Of a stretch of 33,411 nt of DNA, positions 24,637 to 33,411 are shown one piece after another. Every line of letters starts with the position of its first letter. Position 1 is the first letter of the stretch. The DNA lies in assembly GCA_002748015.1 (NCBI GenBank), contig PDRH01000047.1:1-33411 (forward strand), read 5' to 3'. This stretch comes from Bacteroidota bacterium. GTDB taxonomy: Bacteria; Bacteroidota; Bacteroidia; Bacteroidales; CAJPTX01. The translations under genes were made by a program, and so were the position numbers. The notes under the pieces are model-generated. The model saw only the letters and a list, made by a program, of their open reading frames with translations, did no database searches and had not been told where the DNA came from.

Positions 24637-25614
24637 GTGAAGGGGCCTATCCGCTTTGTTGCTTTGTCCGCCTTGTTCGTGCTTGCGTCCTGGGCCATGG
24701 CTTCGGGGCAGGTCTTCCCGTTCCTAAAGGCTCGGGACACGGCCTACGTGGAGAAGTACCACGAGCTGCTGACCATCCGCCCCTTCGTGCAGGCGCGCTT
24801 TACATCCATCGGGATTAAGGAGGATGACCTCTCGTTCTCGAAGTACTACAAGGCGAATACACCGCTGGCCGTGGGGCTGGGGATAGCCTGGAAGATGATA
24901 GGGATAAGCTACTCAATGGACATCCCCTTCACGTGGGCAGTGGACGATGCGCCAACGCGCTACTTCGACTTCCAGTACCACTACTACGGGCGCTACATCG
25001 TGCTGGATGCCTACGCCATGCGCTACAGGGGGATGTACTCGCAGGAGCGGGAGGACAGCATCTCGTACCAGCCGAAGTTCTACTTTGACCGCTACGGCTT
25101 CCGGGTGAGCTACCTACTGAAGGGGGATGATTTCTCCTACGCGGCGGCCTTCGAGCAGGCCGAGCGGCAGAAGACCATAGCCGTGAGCTTCCCTATGGGG
25201 ATCGGGGGGTACTACCAGCACATATCTCTAAAGCACCCCCAGCTCTCCGACGATGACAGGAATACTGGGCGCTTCCTGGGCGAGGCCTTTGTGGGTATCT
25301 CGGCGGTATGGCCGCTCCCGGGGAAGGCCAAAGGCTGGTTCTTCGCCGGAGAGCTAACCGCTGGAGCATCGCTCGCCTTCCACCGGAATATGCTCAAGGA
25401 TTTTGCGCTGATGTCCAGCTGGCAGACCCGCTTCTCCCTGGGCTACACGGAGCGTGGCTGGAGTCTGGCCACAGTGCTATACTACCATAGCCTGGGGCTG
25501 GTACGCAAGGGAGCGCTGGAGGTGGATGGGCAGAACGGAACCCTGCAACTCGTAGCCAGCTGGCGGATATTCAGGAAGGGTAAGCGACGTAAGGCCCAGA
25601 AGAGCACAGAGTAA
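24637..25614 (+). CDS. Putative outer-membrane protein (DUF4421-like)
   Basis: The GTG start gives a signal peptide (FVALSALFVLASWAMASGQ). The sequence is beta-rich and Tyr/Phe/Gly-rich. The family name is from memory only. Confidence 0.65.
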   Translation: MKGPIRFVALSALFVLASWAMASGQVFPFLKARDTAYVEKYHELLTIRPFVQARFTSIGIKEDDLSFSKYYKANTPLAVGLGIAWKMIGISYSMDIPFTWAVDDAPTRYFDFQYHYYGRYIVLDAYAMRYRGMYSQEREDSISYQPKFYFDRYGFRVSYLLKGDDFSYAAAFEQAERQKTIAVSFPMGIGGYYQHISLKHPQLSDDDRNTGRFLGEAFVGISAVWPLPGKAKGWFFAGELTAGASLAFHRNMLKDFALMSSWQTRFSLGYTERGWSLATVLYYHSLGLVRKGALEVDGQNGTLQLVASWRIFRKGKRRKAQKSTE

Positions 25615-25650
25615 CACTTGCAGACAAATGGTAGCAGAACGGGGGCGTAG

Positions 25651-26418
25651 CTAAGCGATGCAGTGGTTAAGCTCGCGGAAGAGGAAGTTCCGGCGCTGAC
25701 CATCCCTCAGCTCGAGCTGCAGCTGGCCACTAGGGAGTATCCCGACTATCCTCGCCTCTATCCTTTCGCCCGTGGCGTGGATGCTGAAGGGGTGGTAGCC
25801 CTCGCGCCAGAAGAGCTTTGCGAGGTACTCGGCATGGATTTCATCGTGCTCGCTATGCGCCAAACGATCCAGTTGCTTAATGATACGCTCGGCTATACTC
25901 TCGGCAAGCTGGGCGGAATCAACGTGGCTAGCGACCAGCTCATTGAGGCCAATCGCCGGGGGGGCATAGTGCGCAGGCGACTGGGGGCGTGCAGCTATGT
26001 TAAGCCCATAGCCGATAACCGCGCTATGGAGCGCATCCCCCTTAAGGGCGGTGCTGATGAGAAGGCCACATATCTTGCGATTGCTAACGATGATATCATT
26101 GGCCCACTTCACCTGGGCCGACACTCCGAGGGCAGCCAGAGCTTCGCATACAGCCAGCGAGGCCACCTGGTTGAGCACGAAGCTATACTCTGGAGCTACT
26201 GCCTGTGTGCCGTTCGGCCCTGCGGGAATATCCACAATGAGGGAGGCGGTGATATCTCCGGGGAGGGCATCCCATGTATTGCCACGCTGCCCTAGGCCCT
26301 GGGTCTGCTCCTTGGCTACGATGAGCGTCGGGCGTGGAAGCATATCAGCATGCTCGGCGGCGTAGGTATTAGTTGAGCTTGCGGTCTCAAGGATGATGGT
26401 ATGCTGTATTCTTGGCAT
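25651..26418 (-). CDS. birA: Biotin--[acetyl-CoA-carboxylase] ligase (class I, no HTH domain)
   Basis: STNTYA...LIVAKEQTQGLGQRGNTWDALPGD corresponds to the BPL GRGRxGRxW motif region. KWANDIIVSNRKICGLLI is the KWPND(I/L)...KI(C/G)GIL block. Confidence 0.8.
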   Translation of the reverse strand: MPRIQHTIILETASSTNTYAAEHADMLPRPTLIVAKEQTQGLGQRGNTWDALPGDITASLIVDIPAGPNGTQAVAPEYSFVLNQVASLAVCEALAALGVSAQVKWANDIIVSNRKICGLLISTALKGDALHSAVIGYGLNIAARPQSPAHYAPPAIGLNELVASHVDSAQLAESIAERIIKQLDRLAHSEHDEIHAEYLAKLFWREGYHPFSIHATGERIEARIVGILPSGQLQLELRDGQRRNFLFRELNHCIA

Positions 26419-26439
26419 AGGGCATGTATTAATTCAGGG

Positions 26440-26447
26440 TAAAGGTA
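26440..26447 (-). promoter_or_regulatory. Candidate -7 box variant (TACCTTTA) for birA
   Basis: Minus strand reads GCTACCTTTACC, 22 nt upstream of ATG 26418. There is one mismatch to the consensus. Confidence 0.35.
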
Positions 26448-26614
26448 GCATAAATTCTGGATTCCCCCGTTTTCCCCGCACTGGGCAGCAGGTGGGTGTA
26501 GCCCGCTATTTGAACGCTTTCTATTGAAGGGGTGTATCCTTTTGCCCTATAAGCCATTAAGGGCTGATATATGCTGGTATAGTTGTTAAATGGCGGTAAG
26601 TAATACAAAAGGTT

Positions 26615-26622
26615 TACCTTTG
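26615..26622 (+). promoter_or_regulatory. Bacteroidota -7 box (TACCTTTG) for korAB, implying a structured 5' leader of about 125 nt
   Basis: Exact consensus match 132 nt upstream of ATG 26754. Confidence 0.45.
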
Positions 26623-26753
26623 CCTCGCTTAGCAGCCTTCAAATGCGGCCTGAGCGAGGTAGTGCAGCCGGGATTGGCCGGCTGCTGGGAGCTCTGGCTC
26701 TGGCTCTGGGCATGAGTTATTTTGCAATATAAAACTCTAACACATATATAGCT

Positions 26754-28598
26754 ATGAATGCGGCTAAACGCCCGTTAGGGCTGGATGATGTGGTTATCCG
26801 TTTCAGCGGCGATTCGGGTGACGGCATGCAGCTGACGGGTACCCTGTTCTCAGATTCATCTGCGCTACTGGGGAATGGTGTAAGTACTTTCCCGGACTAC
26901 CCGGCAGAGATACGCGCACCGCAAGGGACGATTGGAGGCGTTTCGGGCTTCCAGGTACACGTGGGTAAAGGGCCTGTGCATACGCCCGGTGACTACTGCG
27001 ATGTGCTGGTGGCGATGAACCCTGCAGCCCTGAAGGCCAACGCGAAATGGATGAAGAAGGGGGGGACGATTATCATCGACTCTGACACCTTCATCCAGAA
27101 GTGGCTCCTCAAGGCGGGCTTTACCACGGACGATGTGGTGCAGGAGCTAAGCCTGCAGGACTACACGGTGCTCTTCGCCCCGATAACCGAGATGACGCGC
27201 CAGAGCCTCGAGGGCATGGGCCTGGATATGAAGAGCGTAATGCGCTGCAAGAACATGTTTGCGCTGGGGATGCTCTTCTACCTCTTCGACCGCCCCATGG
27301 AGCATGCCGAGCGCTATTTCGAGACGAAGTTCCGCAAGAAGCCAGAGCTGGTGGAGGCCAATAAGAAGGTGCTGCACGACGGCTACAACTACGCGGAGAA
27401 CACGCATGCCTTTGCCAATACCTACACCATCCCCGCCCTGGAGATGAAGAAGGGTAAGTACCGCAACATCAACGGTAATGTGGCAACCGCATGGGGGCTA
27501 ATCGCTGCGGCCGAGAAGGCGCACCTGCCCCTCTTCTGCGGCTCCTACCCCATCACGCCGGCTACCGATATTCTCGTGGAGCTCTCCAAGCGTAAGGACC
27601 TCGGGGTGAAGACCCTCCAGGCCGAGGATGAGATAGCTGGTATATGCACCTCCATCGGTGCGGCCTTCACCGGTAGCTTTGCGGTTACAACGACCTCCGG
27701 TCCAGGTGTCTCGCTCAAAAGCGAAGCACTAGGACTCGCTGTAATGACCGAGCTGCCACTGGTTGTCGTGAACGTACAGCGCGGGGGCCCCTCCACGGGC
27801 CTCCCAACCAAGACCGAGCAGAGCGACCTTATGCAGGCCCTCTTCGGGCGCAACGGCGAGGCACCGATGGTCATTGTGGCAGCCAAGAGCCCGAGCGACT
27901 GCTTTGACATGGCCTTCCAGGCAGGGCGCATTGCCCTTGAGCGTATGACCCCGGTCATGCTGCTAACGGACGGCTTCATCGCCAACGGCTCTGAGCCGTG
28001 GCTCATACCGAGCATGGTGGACTACCCAGCCATCAACCCACCCATCGCCAAGGCCATACACGATGGCTCGCGCTTCTACCCCTACAAGCGCGATGAGAAC
28101 TACGCTCGCCGCTGGGCCTTTCCTGGGGTGTACGGACTGGAACATCGAGTTGGTGGCCTGGAGAAGCTCGACGTAACTGGGGCAGTATCAACCGATGCAG
28201 AGAACCACCAGCGCATGGTGGATCTCCGTGCGGCGAAAGTGCAGAAGGTCAGCAACATGATACCTAAGCAAACTGTGCTAGGTGCGGCTGATGCCGAAGT
28301 GCTGGTGATCAGCTGGGGTGGCGTATGGGGGCATACCTCCTCGGCCGTTGAGCAGATGATCGCGGAGGGGAAGAGCGTGGCGCTATGCCATATCTCCTAC
28401 ATCAAGCCGCTACCGAGCAACCTGGCCGAGATATTCCGCAACCACAAGAAGCTGCTGGTCTGCGAGCTGAATATGGGCCAGATGGCCAACTACCTCCGTA
28501 TGGAGATACCAGAGTTTGAGTATTTGCAGTTCAACAAGGTGATGGGCCAGCCCTTCAACGTGAATGAGCTGGTGGAGAAGATAGATAGCTACCTATAG
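26754..28598 (+). CDS. korA: 2-oxoglutarate (2-oxoacid):ferredoxin oxidoreductase subunit alpha
   Basis: 614 aa. It combines a gamma-like N-terminal domain (IRFSGDSGDGMQLTG) with an alpha domain (GSYPITPATDIL...GPGVSLKSEALGLAVMTELPLVVVNVQRGGPSTGLPTK). Confidence 0.88.
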   Translation: MNAAKRPLGLDDVVIRFSGDSGDGMQLTGTLFSDSSALLGNGVSTFPDYPAEIRAPQGTIGGVSGFQVHVGKGPVHTPGDYCDVLVAMNPAALKANAKWMKKGGTIIIDSDTFIQKWLLKAGFTTDDVVQELSLQDYTVLFAPITEMTRQSLEGMGLDMKSVMRCKNMFALGMLFYLFDRPMEHAERYFETKFRKKPELVEANKKVLHDGYNYAENTHAFANTYTIPALEMKKGKYRNINGNVATAWGLIAAAEKAHLPLFCGSYPITPATDILVELSKRKDLGVKTLQAEDEIAGICTSIGAAFTGSFAVTTTSGPGVSLKSEALGLAVMTELPLVVVNVQRGGPSTGLPTKTEQSDLMQALFGRNGEAPMVIVAAKSPSDCFDMAFQAGRIALERMTPVMLLTDGFIANGSEPWLIPSMVDYPAINPPIAKAIHDGSRFYPYKRDENYARRWAFPGVYGLEHRVGGLEKLDVTGAVSTDAENHQRMVDLRAAKVQKVSNMIPKQTVLGAADAEVLVISWGGVWGHTSSAVEQMIAEGKSVALCHISYIKPLPSNLAEIFRNHKKLLVCELNMGQMANYLRMEIPEFEYLQFNKVMGQPFNVNELVEKIDSYL

Positions 28599-28611
28599 TC
28601 GGAGGAGAGTC

Positions 28612-29634
28612 ATGTCGAACATAAAGTATACAGTCAAGGATTTCAAGAGCGACCAGGAGGTACGGTGGTGCCCCGGTTGCGGCGACCATGGCATTCTGAA
28701 CGCCGTCCAGCGGGCTATGCCCCGGATAGCCGAAGAGCATGGGTACGATAAGGCCCGCTTTGCGGTCATCTCCGGCATCGGTTGCTCGAGCCGCTTCCCC
28801 TACTACATGGATACCTTCGGTTTCCATAGCATCCACGGCCGGGCGGCTGCGATTGCCACAGGGGCTAAGGTGGCCAACCCGAACCTGAGCATCTGGCAGA
28901 TCTCGGGCGATGGCGATGCGCTGGCCATCGGTGGCAACCATTTCATCCACGCCATCCGGAGGAACATCGACATCAACATCATCCTCTTCAACAACGAGAT
29001 ATACGGCCTGACCAAGGGGCAGTATAGCCCGACCTCGAAGTGTGGTGCCATCACCAAGACCAGCCCCTTCGGGACGGTGGAGCAGCCCTTCAACCCCGGC
29101 CAGCTGCTGCTCGGGGCCAACGGCAAGTTCTTCGCGCGCTCGCTGGATGTGGACATGGGGCTAACGACGGACATCATGGTTGAGGCGGCACGCCACGATG
29201 GCACGTCGGTGGTAGAGGTGCTGCAGAACTGCGTGATCTTCAACCACGGCATACACAACGACATCACCCACCGCGATCACCGTGCGGACAGAACCATAGT
29301 GCTGAAACACGGCGAGCCGATGGTCTTCGGCAAGGATAGGGATAAGGGGCTCGTGCTGGATGGCTTCAAGCTCCGGGCCGTGGAGATTGGTAAGGGCGGC
29401 TGGGACGAGAAGGATATACTCATCCACGATGCCGAGGAGGAGAACCCCGGTCTGCACATGCTGCTGGTGAGCATGTCCTACCCGGAGCTACCGGTGGCGC
29501 TAGGGGTTATTCGCAACGTTCCCTTCCCGACCTACGACGACCTCGTGCGGGACCAGGTTATAGACGTGGCTGACCACGGGTCAATCCACAACATGGAGCA
29601 GCTACTCAACAGCGGGGATACGTGGGAGATCTAG
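28612..29634 (+). CDS. korB: 2-oxoglutarate (2-oxoacid):ferredoxin oxidoreductase subunit beta (TPP-binding)
   Basis: WCPGCGDHGIL (cluster Cys motif) and ISGDGDALAIGGNHFIHAIRRNIDINIILFNNEIYGLTKGQ (TPP-binding GDG...NN motif). Confidence 0.9.
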   Translation: MSNIKYTVKDFKSDQEVRWCPGCGDHGILNAVQRAMPRIAEEHGYDKARFAVISGIGCSSRFPYYMDTFGFHSIHGRAAAIATGAKVANPNLSIWQISGDGDALAIGGNHFIHAIRRNIDINIILFNNEIYGLTKGQYSPTSKCGAITKTSPFGTVEQPFNPGQLLLGANGKFFARSLDVDMGLTTDIMVEAARHDGTSVVEVLQNCVIFNHGIHNDITHRDHRADRTIVLKHGEPMVFGKDRDKGLVLDGFKLRAVEIGKGGWDEKDILIHDAEEENPGLHMLLVSMSYPELPVALGVIRNVPFPTYDDLVRDQVIDVADHGSIHNMEQLLNSGDTWEI

Positions 29635-29654
29635 CGCAACTGCGCAATCTATAC

Positions 29655-29685
29655 AGAAAAGGCCGGGCGTTGCCCGGCCTTTTCT
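29655..29685. terminator. Bidirectional rho-independent terminator (korB / convergent lipoprotein gene)
   Basis: AGAAAAGGCCGGGC gtt GCCCGGCCTTTTCT forms a GC-rich 8-bp stem flanked by an A-run and a T-run, so it reads as hairpin plus U-tract on both strands. Confidence 0.8.
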
Positions 29686-29700
29686 GCGTTCCATGCGTGG

Positions 29701-30597
29701 CTACTTAATCACTATCACCAGGAAGTGCGTTACCCGCCAGAACTTCTCCTTGTCCTTGATCTGTAGACCTATCGCTACGCCGTTATCATTCGTGGCGATG
29801 GTATAGCTATCCTGGGGATGCGAGGTTACGACCTCCACCCCCTTCTTCTTATCAACGAAGGGGATAAAATCCGTCTCGGCTATGCTAATGCTGGTGAAGT
29901 AGCCGGGGTTGAAGTCAGCCTTCAGCGTATTGTTACGCCCTATACCGAGGAAGCCGCCCTTGCGCTCTATTATCCCATTCTCCTTTAGCTCCTTCTTCGT
30001 GCCATGGGCATACCATGCCTGGTCCATCCGTCGCCGCTGGTCGTAGACCTCATTGGCCAGCTGCAGGTTGGCCATGCCGGCGGAGTCCAGCGCTAGGCTC
30101 AGGGAGTCGATGTTGAGCTGCAGCACCTCAACGTGGGTCTTCAGCATGCCTATAGTCGAATCGCGCTGGAGTAGCTGGCTACGCATATCATTGAGCATGA
30201 GCTGCAGATGAGACACCTTTATGCTCGAGCTCTGGAGCATCTCCCCCAGGCGGTCAATCGTGCTCATGTTGGAGGTCATTAGCTGATTGATTTCCTCCAT
30301 GTTCTGGGTCACCCTTTCTCGCTTGGTCTCCTCCAGGTCGCCACTCCAGATGTAGCCCATATCGGCGTTGACCAGCCTCTCCTTCTCGGATACCACCTCA
30401 AGGTTCTGCTCTATCTCCGCTAGGGAGGAGAAGAATTCATTGAGCGTAGCCTCCTTCAGGCTATCCGCCCGCTGCAGGGAGTCTACCTGACTCTCCAGCT
30501 CCAGTATCTGCGCATTGGTCTCCTGCCCTCCCTGGCAAGAGTACATAAGGCCAAGAGCCCATACCACAATCCCGAAAAGTAAACCGCACCTCTTCAT
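29701..30597 (-). CDS. Coiled-coil lipoprotein of unknown function
   Basis: I set the start at ATG 30597 (MKRCGLLFGIVVWALGLMYSC, lipobox). About 170 aa of heptad-like Leu/Gln/Glu-rich sequence are followed by a beta-rich C-terminal domain of about 100 aa. The track start at 30666 would overlap mrdA. Confidence 0.7.
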   Translation of the reverse strand: MKRCGLLFGIVVWALGLMYSCQGGQETNAQILELESQVDSLQRADSLKEATLNEFFSSLAEIEQNLEVVSEKERLVNADMGYIWSGDLEETKRERVTQNMEEINQLMTSNMSTIDRLGEMLQSSSIKVSHLQLMLNDMRSQLLQRDSTIGMLKTHVEVLQLNIDSLSLALDSAGMANLQLANEVYDQRRRMDQAWYAHGTKKELKENGIIERKGGFLGIGRNNTLKADFNPGYFTSISIAETDFIPFVDKKKGVEVVTSHPQDSYTIATNDNGVAIGLQIKDKEKFWRVTHFLVIVIK

Positions 30598-30656
30598 ATC
30601 ACCTCGTATTCTTCTATATTCTACATCGTCTGCTACCGACGCACAGACCAAGCCCC

Positions 30657-32468
30657 CTAGTTCCACCCCCTATTGATAACGTACCGTTCTATGTACTTGT
30701 TCTTTATCGTATCGGTAAGGTACTGCTGCACCATGAGGCCAGCCAGAGGCGCAGCCCATGTCCCTCCGAAGCCCTCGTTCTCGAGGTAGACAGCGATGGC
30801 TATCTTGGGCTTATCCCGTGGTGCGAAGGCTATGAACACCGAGTGGTCCTCGCCATGCGGGTTCTGCGATGTACCGGTCTTCCCGCAGATGTCCAGGCCC
30901 GGCACGCCGGCCAGCCGGGCCGTTGCCCCCTTACCAAAGCTATTGACCGCCTCCCACATTCCCTTCACAATGGGGACAAAATGCGTACTATCCACCCCTA
31001 CTACCCGCCGCTTGGTATAGGCGGTATCCAGCGTGCGACCGTCCATCCTCCGCACGATATGGGGCGTGTAGTAGTAGCCCCTATTGGCTATAGTGGCGGC
31101 TAGGTTCGCCATCTGGAGGGGAGTGGTGCAAAGCTCCCCCTGGCCGATGGCCAGGGAGATAATCGTGAGCGAGCTCCATCCCCCCTTGCGGAAATAGCGA
31201 TTGTAGAAGGGTACCGTCGGTACAATGCCCTTAAGCTCCCCAGGGAGGTCTACCCCCAGCCGTCTACCTATGCCAAAGCTATGCACGTACTCCTCCCAGG
31301 CTCGAAAGCCCCCCTCTATGCTATCGTACTTCGGGTTGTCTATAATGGACCTGAAGGTATAGCAGAAGTAGGCATTGCATGAGGTGCAGACGGCATCCGA
31401 TAGGCTACGAACAGCCGGATGAATATGGCATCCCACACCGCGCCCTACGGTGTAGCGGCCATGGCAGGAGTAGCCCGTCCGCGGGGATATGACCCCCTCC
31501 TGCAAACCTATTAGACCATTGACTAGCTTGAAAGTCGACCCCGGAGGATAGAGCGCCATGATGGTACGGTTAAACAGGGGTTTGCCCCCCATGGTGTCCA
31601 GGCTACGATAGTTCTGCGAGCGTATACGCCCCACGAGGAGGTTCGGATCATAGGCTGGCGCGGAGACCATGGCCAGGATTTCCCCGCTGGCGGGCTCTAT
31701 GGCCACCACCCCACCCCGTCGCCCCGCCATAAGCTTCTCACCGTAGGCCTGCAGCTTGCTATCCAGCGAGAGGTAGAGATTCGTGCCGGCTATGGCCGCC
31801 GTATCATAGCGCCCGTCAGCGTAGCTCCCCTTGATGCGATTACGCACATCCACCATGTAGTTCTTCACGCCGTTACGCCCCCGCAGCTCCTTCTCATAGC
31901 TCTTCTCCAAGCCCGAGATGCCGATGTAGTCACCAGAATGGTAGTAGGGGTTCTCGTACACCTGCCGCTCGCTTACCTCCCCTACGTAGCCCAGCAGGTG
32001 CGCCGCTATGGGCTTGGGATACGAGCGCAGGGTACGGGGCTGGGCGTAGAACCCCGGAAACTCATAGAGATGCTCCTCAAAACGGCCGAAAACCCGCTGG
32101 GAGAGCTGCTTGGCAAAGAGGCTCTCCTTGTAGTACGAATAGGCCTTGGCACCCGCCAGCCCCACGCGCACGTCATCAGGGGTGATTTCCAGTAGGCGGC
32201 AGAGGCGCATCGTGTCAAAGGCCTTCACACGAGAGGGGACAACCATCAAATCGTAGACGGCCTCATTATACACCAGGATATCCCCCTTCCTGTCGTAGAT
32301 AATCCCCCGCGCAGGGTACTGAACTATCCGCCGTAGAACGTTGCTATCAGCAGACACTCGGTATGAGGTGTTGATCACCTGGATGTAGAAGAGTTTCGCC
32401 AGTATAACCAAGGCCACGGCGATGAATATCGCGCTGATGCTCAGCCTACGATTGAGATGAAAGAGCAC
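30657..32468 (-). CDS. mrdA: Penicillin-binding protein 2 (peptidoglycan D,D-transpeptidase MrdA)
   Basis: N-terminal TM segment. Motifs: transpeptidase STFK (PPGSTFKLVNG), S-x-N (TSCNAYF) and KTGT (CGKTGTSQ). It lies immediately downstream of mreD. Confidence 0.9.
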   Translation of the reverse strand: MLFHLNRRLSISAIFIAVALVILAKLFYIQVINTSYRVSADSNVLRRIVQYPARGIIYDRKGDILVYNEAVYDLMVVPSRVKAFDTMRLCRLLEITPDDVRVGLAGAKAYSYYKESLFAKQLSQRVFGRFEEHLYEFPGFYAQPRTLRSYPKPIAAHLLGYVGEVSERQVYENPYYHSGDYIGISGLEKSYEKELRGRNGVKNYMVDVRNRIKGSYADGRYDTAAIAGTNLYLSLDSKLQAYGEKLMAGRRGGVVAIEPASGEILAMVSAPAYDPNLLVGRIRSQNYRSLDTMGGKPLFNRTIMALYPPGSTFKLVNGLIGLQEGVISPRTGYSCHGRYTVGRGVGCHIHPAVRSLSDAVCTSCNAYFCYTFRSIIDNPKYDSIEGGFRAWEEYVHSFGIGRRLGVDLPGELKGIVPTVPFYNRYFRKGGWSSLTIISLAIGQGELCTTPLQMANLAATIANRGYYYTPHIVRRMDGRTLDTAYTKRRVVGVDSTHFVPIVKGMWEAVNSFGKGATARLAGVPGLDICGKTGTSQNPHGEDHSVFIAFAPRDKPKIAIAVYLENEGFGGTWAAPLAGLMVQQYLTDTIKNKYIERYVINRGWN

Positions 32469-32474
32469 GTCACC

Positions 32475-32993
32475 CTAGTTTGAGTCCGCTGGCGTGGCAA
32501 AGACGAAGGTCTCGGCCAGCAGGATGATGAATGTGGTCAGCAGCGTAGAGCCTACTATCCTAAAGGTCAGCAAGCCAAGGTGTCCCCAGCTCGGCTCGCT
32601 CAGGATGAACAGGAAAGCGTGGTGGATAAGGGTCAGCAGCAGGGTAAACTCCAGGGTCCAGATAAAGCCCATCCTCCGGAGCGAGGGGATGGCCACCCCC
32701 TCCTTCTCACGCCCCCCCAGCACCCGGAGGGCCAACGGCTGGAGATAGGCAATGAGGGTAGTCGCCGCCGCCTGCAAGCCAAGCGTAGAGGAGGAGACAT
32801 CCACCAGTAGCCCCAGGGCAAAACCCAGCAGGACGGCCAGCAGACGACTAGTGCCACGCGGCAACAGCAGCACGAATATGATGTAGGGATAGGGAGCTAC
32901 CACCCCCCACATCTCGATGTTGTCGAAGAGCAACACCTGCAATAGGATGGATGCCCCGAAGAGGGCCACGAAAGAGCCTGCTCTACCTCTCAT
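32475..32993 (-). CDS. mreD: Rod shape-determining protein MreD
   Basis: 172-aa polytopic membrane protein between mreC and mrdA. It overlaps the mreC stop by 11 nt. Confidence 0.8.
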   Translation of the reverse strand: MRGRAGSFVALFGASILLQVLLFDNIEMWGVVAPYPYIIFVLLLPRGTSRLLAVLLGFALGLLVDVSSSTLGLQAAATTLIAYLQPLALRVLGGREKEGVAIPSLRRMGFIWTLEFTLLLTLIHHAFLFILSEPSWGHLGLLTFRIVGSTLLTTFIILLAETFVFATPADSN

Positions 32994-33411
32994 CCTCGCT
33001 CACCATTTGTGTGGCAATGCTATCCAACTCCTCCCGATGGGTATTGACCACGATGCTAACCCGATGCAGACGCTTGAAGTCCGCCTTCAGCCGTATACGC
33101 AAGGTCAGGAAATCCGCACCCTGCACCTCGACTCCATCCACAAGGCCGATGAAAAGCCCCTCGGGGAAAATGCTGGAAAAGCCACTGGTCACAACGGTAT
33201 CCCCAGCCACTACGGGCACATGGTGGGGTATCTCAGTCAGCAACACCCGCTGGTAGGACTCCCCATCCCATTTCAGCGTCCCCACGTAGCCCGACTTGCG
33301 GAGCTTAGCCGATATGCGTAGATCCCTGTTGAGGACGGAAATAACCGCCGCATAGCGCCCCGTCGATGCAACTACAACCCCAGCCACAGCGCCATGCGAG
33401 AGAACGCCCAT
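32983..33411 (-). CDS. mreC: Rod shape-determining protein MreC (C-terminal part; the N-terminus lies beyond the window edge)
   Basis: GVVVAS...AVISVLNRDLRISAKL...GTLKWDG....LLTEIPHHVPVVAGDTVVTSGFSSIFPEGLFIGLV is the MreC beta-barrel domain pattern. The frame is open to the window edge, so the apparent M at 33411 is coincidental. Confidence 0.85.
   Translation of the reverse strand: MGVLSHGAVAGVVVASTGRYAAVISVLNRDLRISAKLRKSGYVGTLKWDGESYQRVLLTEIPHHVPVVAGDTVVTSGFSSIFPEGLFIGLVDGVEVQGADFLTLRIRLKADFKRLHRVSIVVNTHREELDSIATQMVSEDER

Noticed and set aside
33409-33411. Apparent ATG start of the mreC ORF exactly at the window edge.
   Set aside because: The 142 residues correspond only to the C-terminal beta-barrel domain of MreC. 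The N-terminal TM and coiled-coil region must lie beyond the window, so the Met is internal.
1-33411. Window-wide search for tRNA, rRNA, SRP RNA, CRISPR repeats, IS ends or transposases, integrases, and toxin-antitoxin or defence genes.
   Set aside because: Nothing fits: there are no T-arm GGTTCGAATCC-like boxes, no regularly spaced direct repeats, no DDE or tyrosine-recombinase-like ORFs, and no compositional island visible by eye. The region reads as core chromosome.

Overview
GC-rich Bacteroidota-type chromosomal segment. The lineage call rests on repeated TAnnTTTG -7 promoter boxes 20-60 nt upstream of start codons, on families I recall as Bacteroidota-restricted (DUF4254, DUF4301, DUF4421), and on an L34 ending ...KKLTVSDE. 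There are about 30 genes, nearly all core housekeeping.

Gene content, in order:
- A minus-strand operon: a cNMP-domain::aspartase fusion, DUF4254, a GT9 heptosyltransferase and queF.
- An NlpE-like lipoprotein.
- A ProX-like deacylase, an unknown 330-aa protein, and a solitary hydG.
- An AsmA-like protein.
- A 1-Cys peroxiredoxin.
- rpmH, which is absent from the ORF track because it is under 60 aa, followed by a polycationic secreted protein.
- An envelope operon (Ig-like lipoprotein, MTH1187-like protein, OM beta-barrel, RlpA-SPOR) plus trpS.
- A frameshifted DUF4301 gene.
- An SSS transporter, birA and korAB.
- mreC-mreD-mrdA followed by a coiled-coil lipoprotein.

I saw no tRNA or rRNA, CRISPR array, transposase or integrase, or recognisable defence or toxin genes.

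I do not find a convincing novel multi-gene system here. The best leads are:
1. The sensor-domain::aspartase fusion.
2. Two 57-nt palindromic elements whose arms differ by three compensatory substitution pairs.
3. hydG without hydE/hydF/hydA nearby, downstream of an uncharacterised protein.
4. A split DUF4301 gene.

All family names come from reading motifs by eye. No database search was run.
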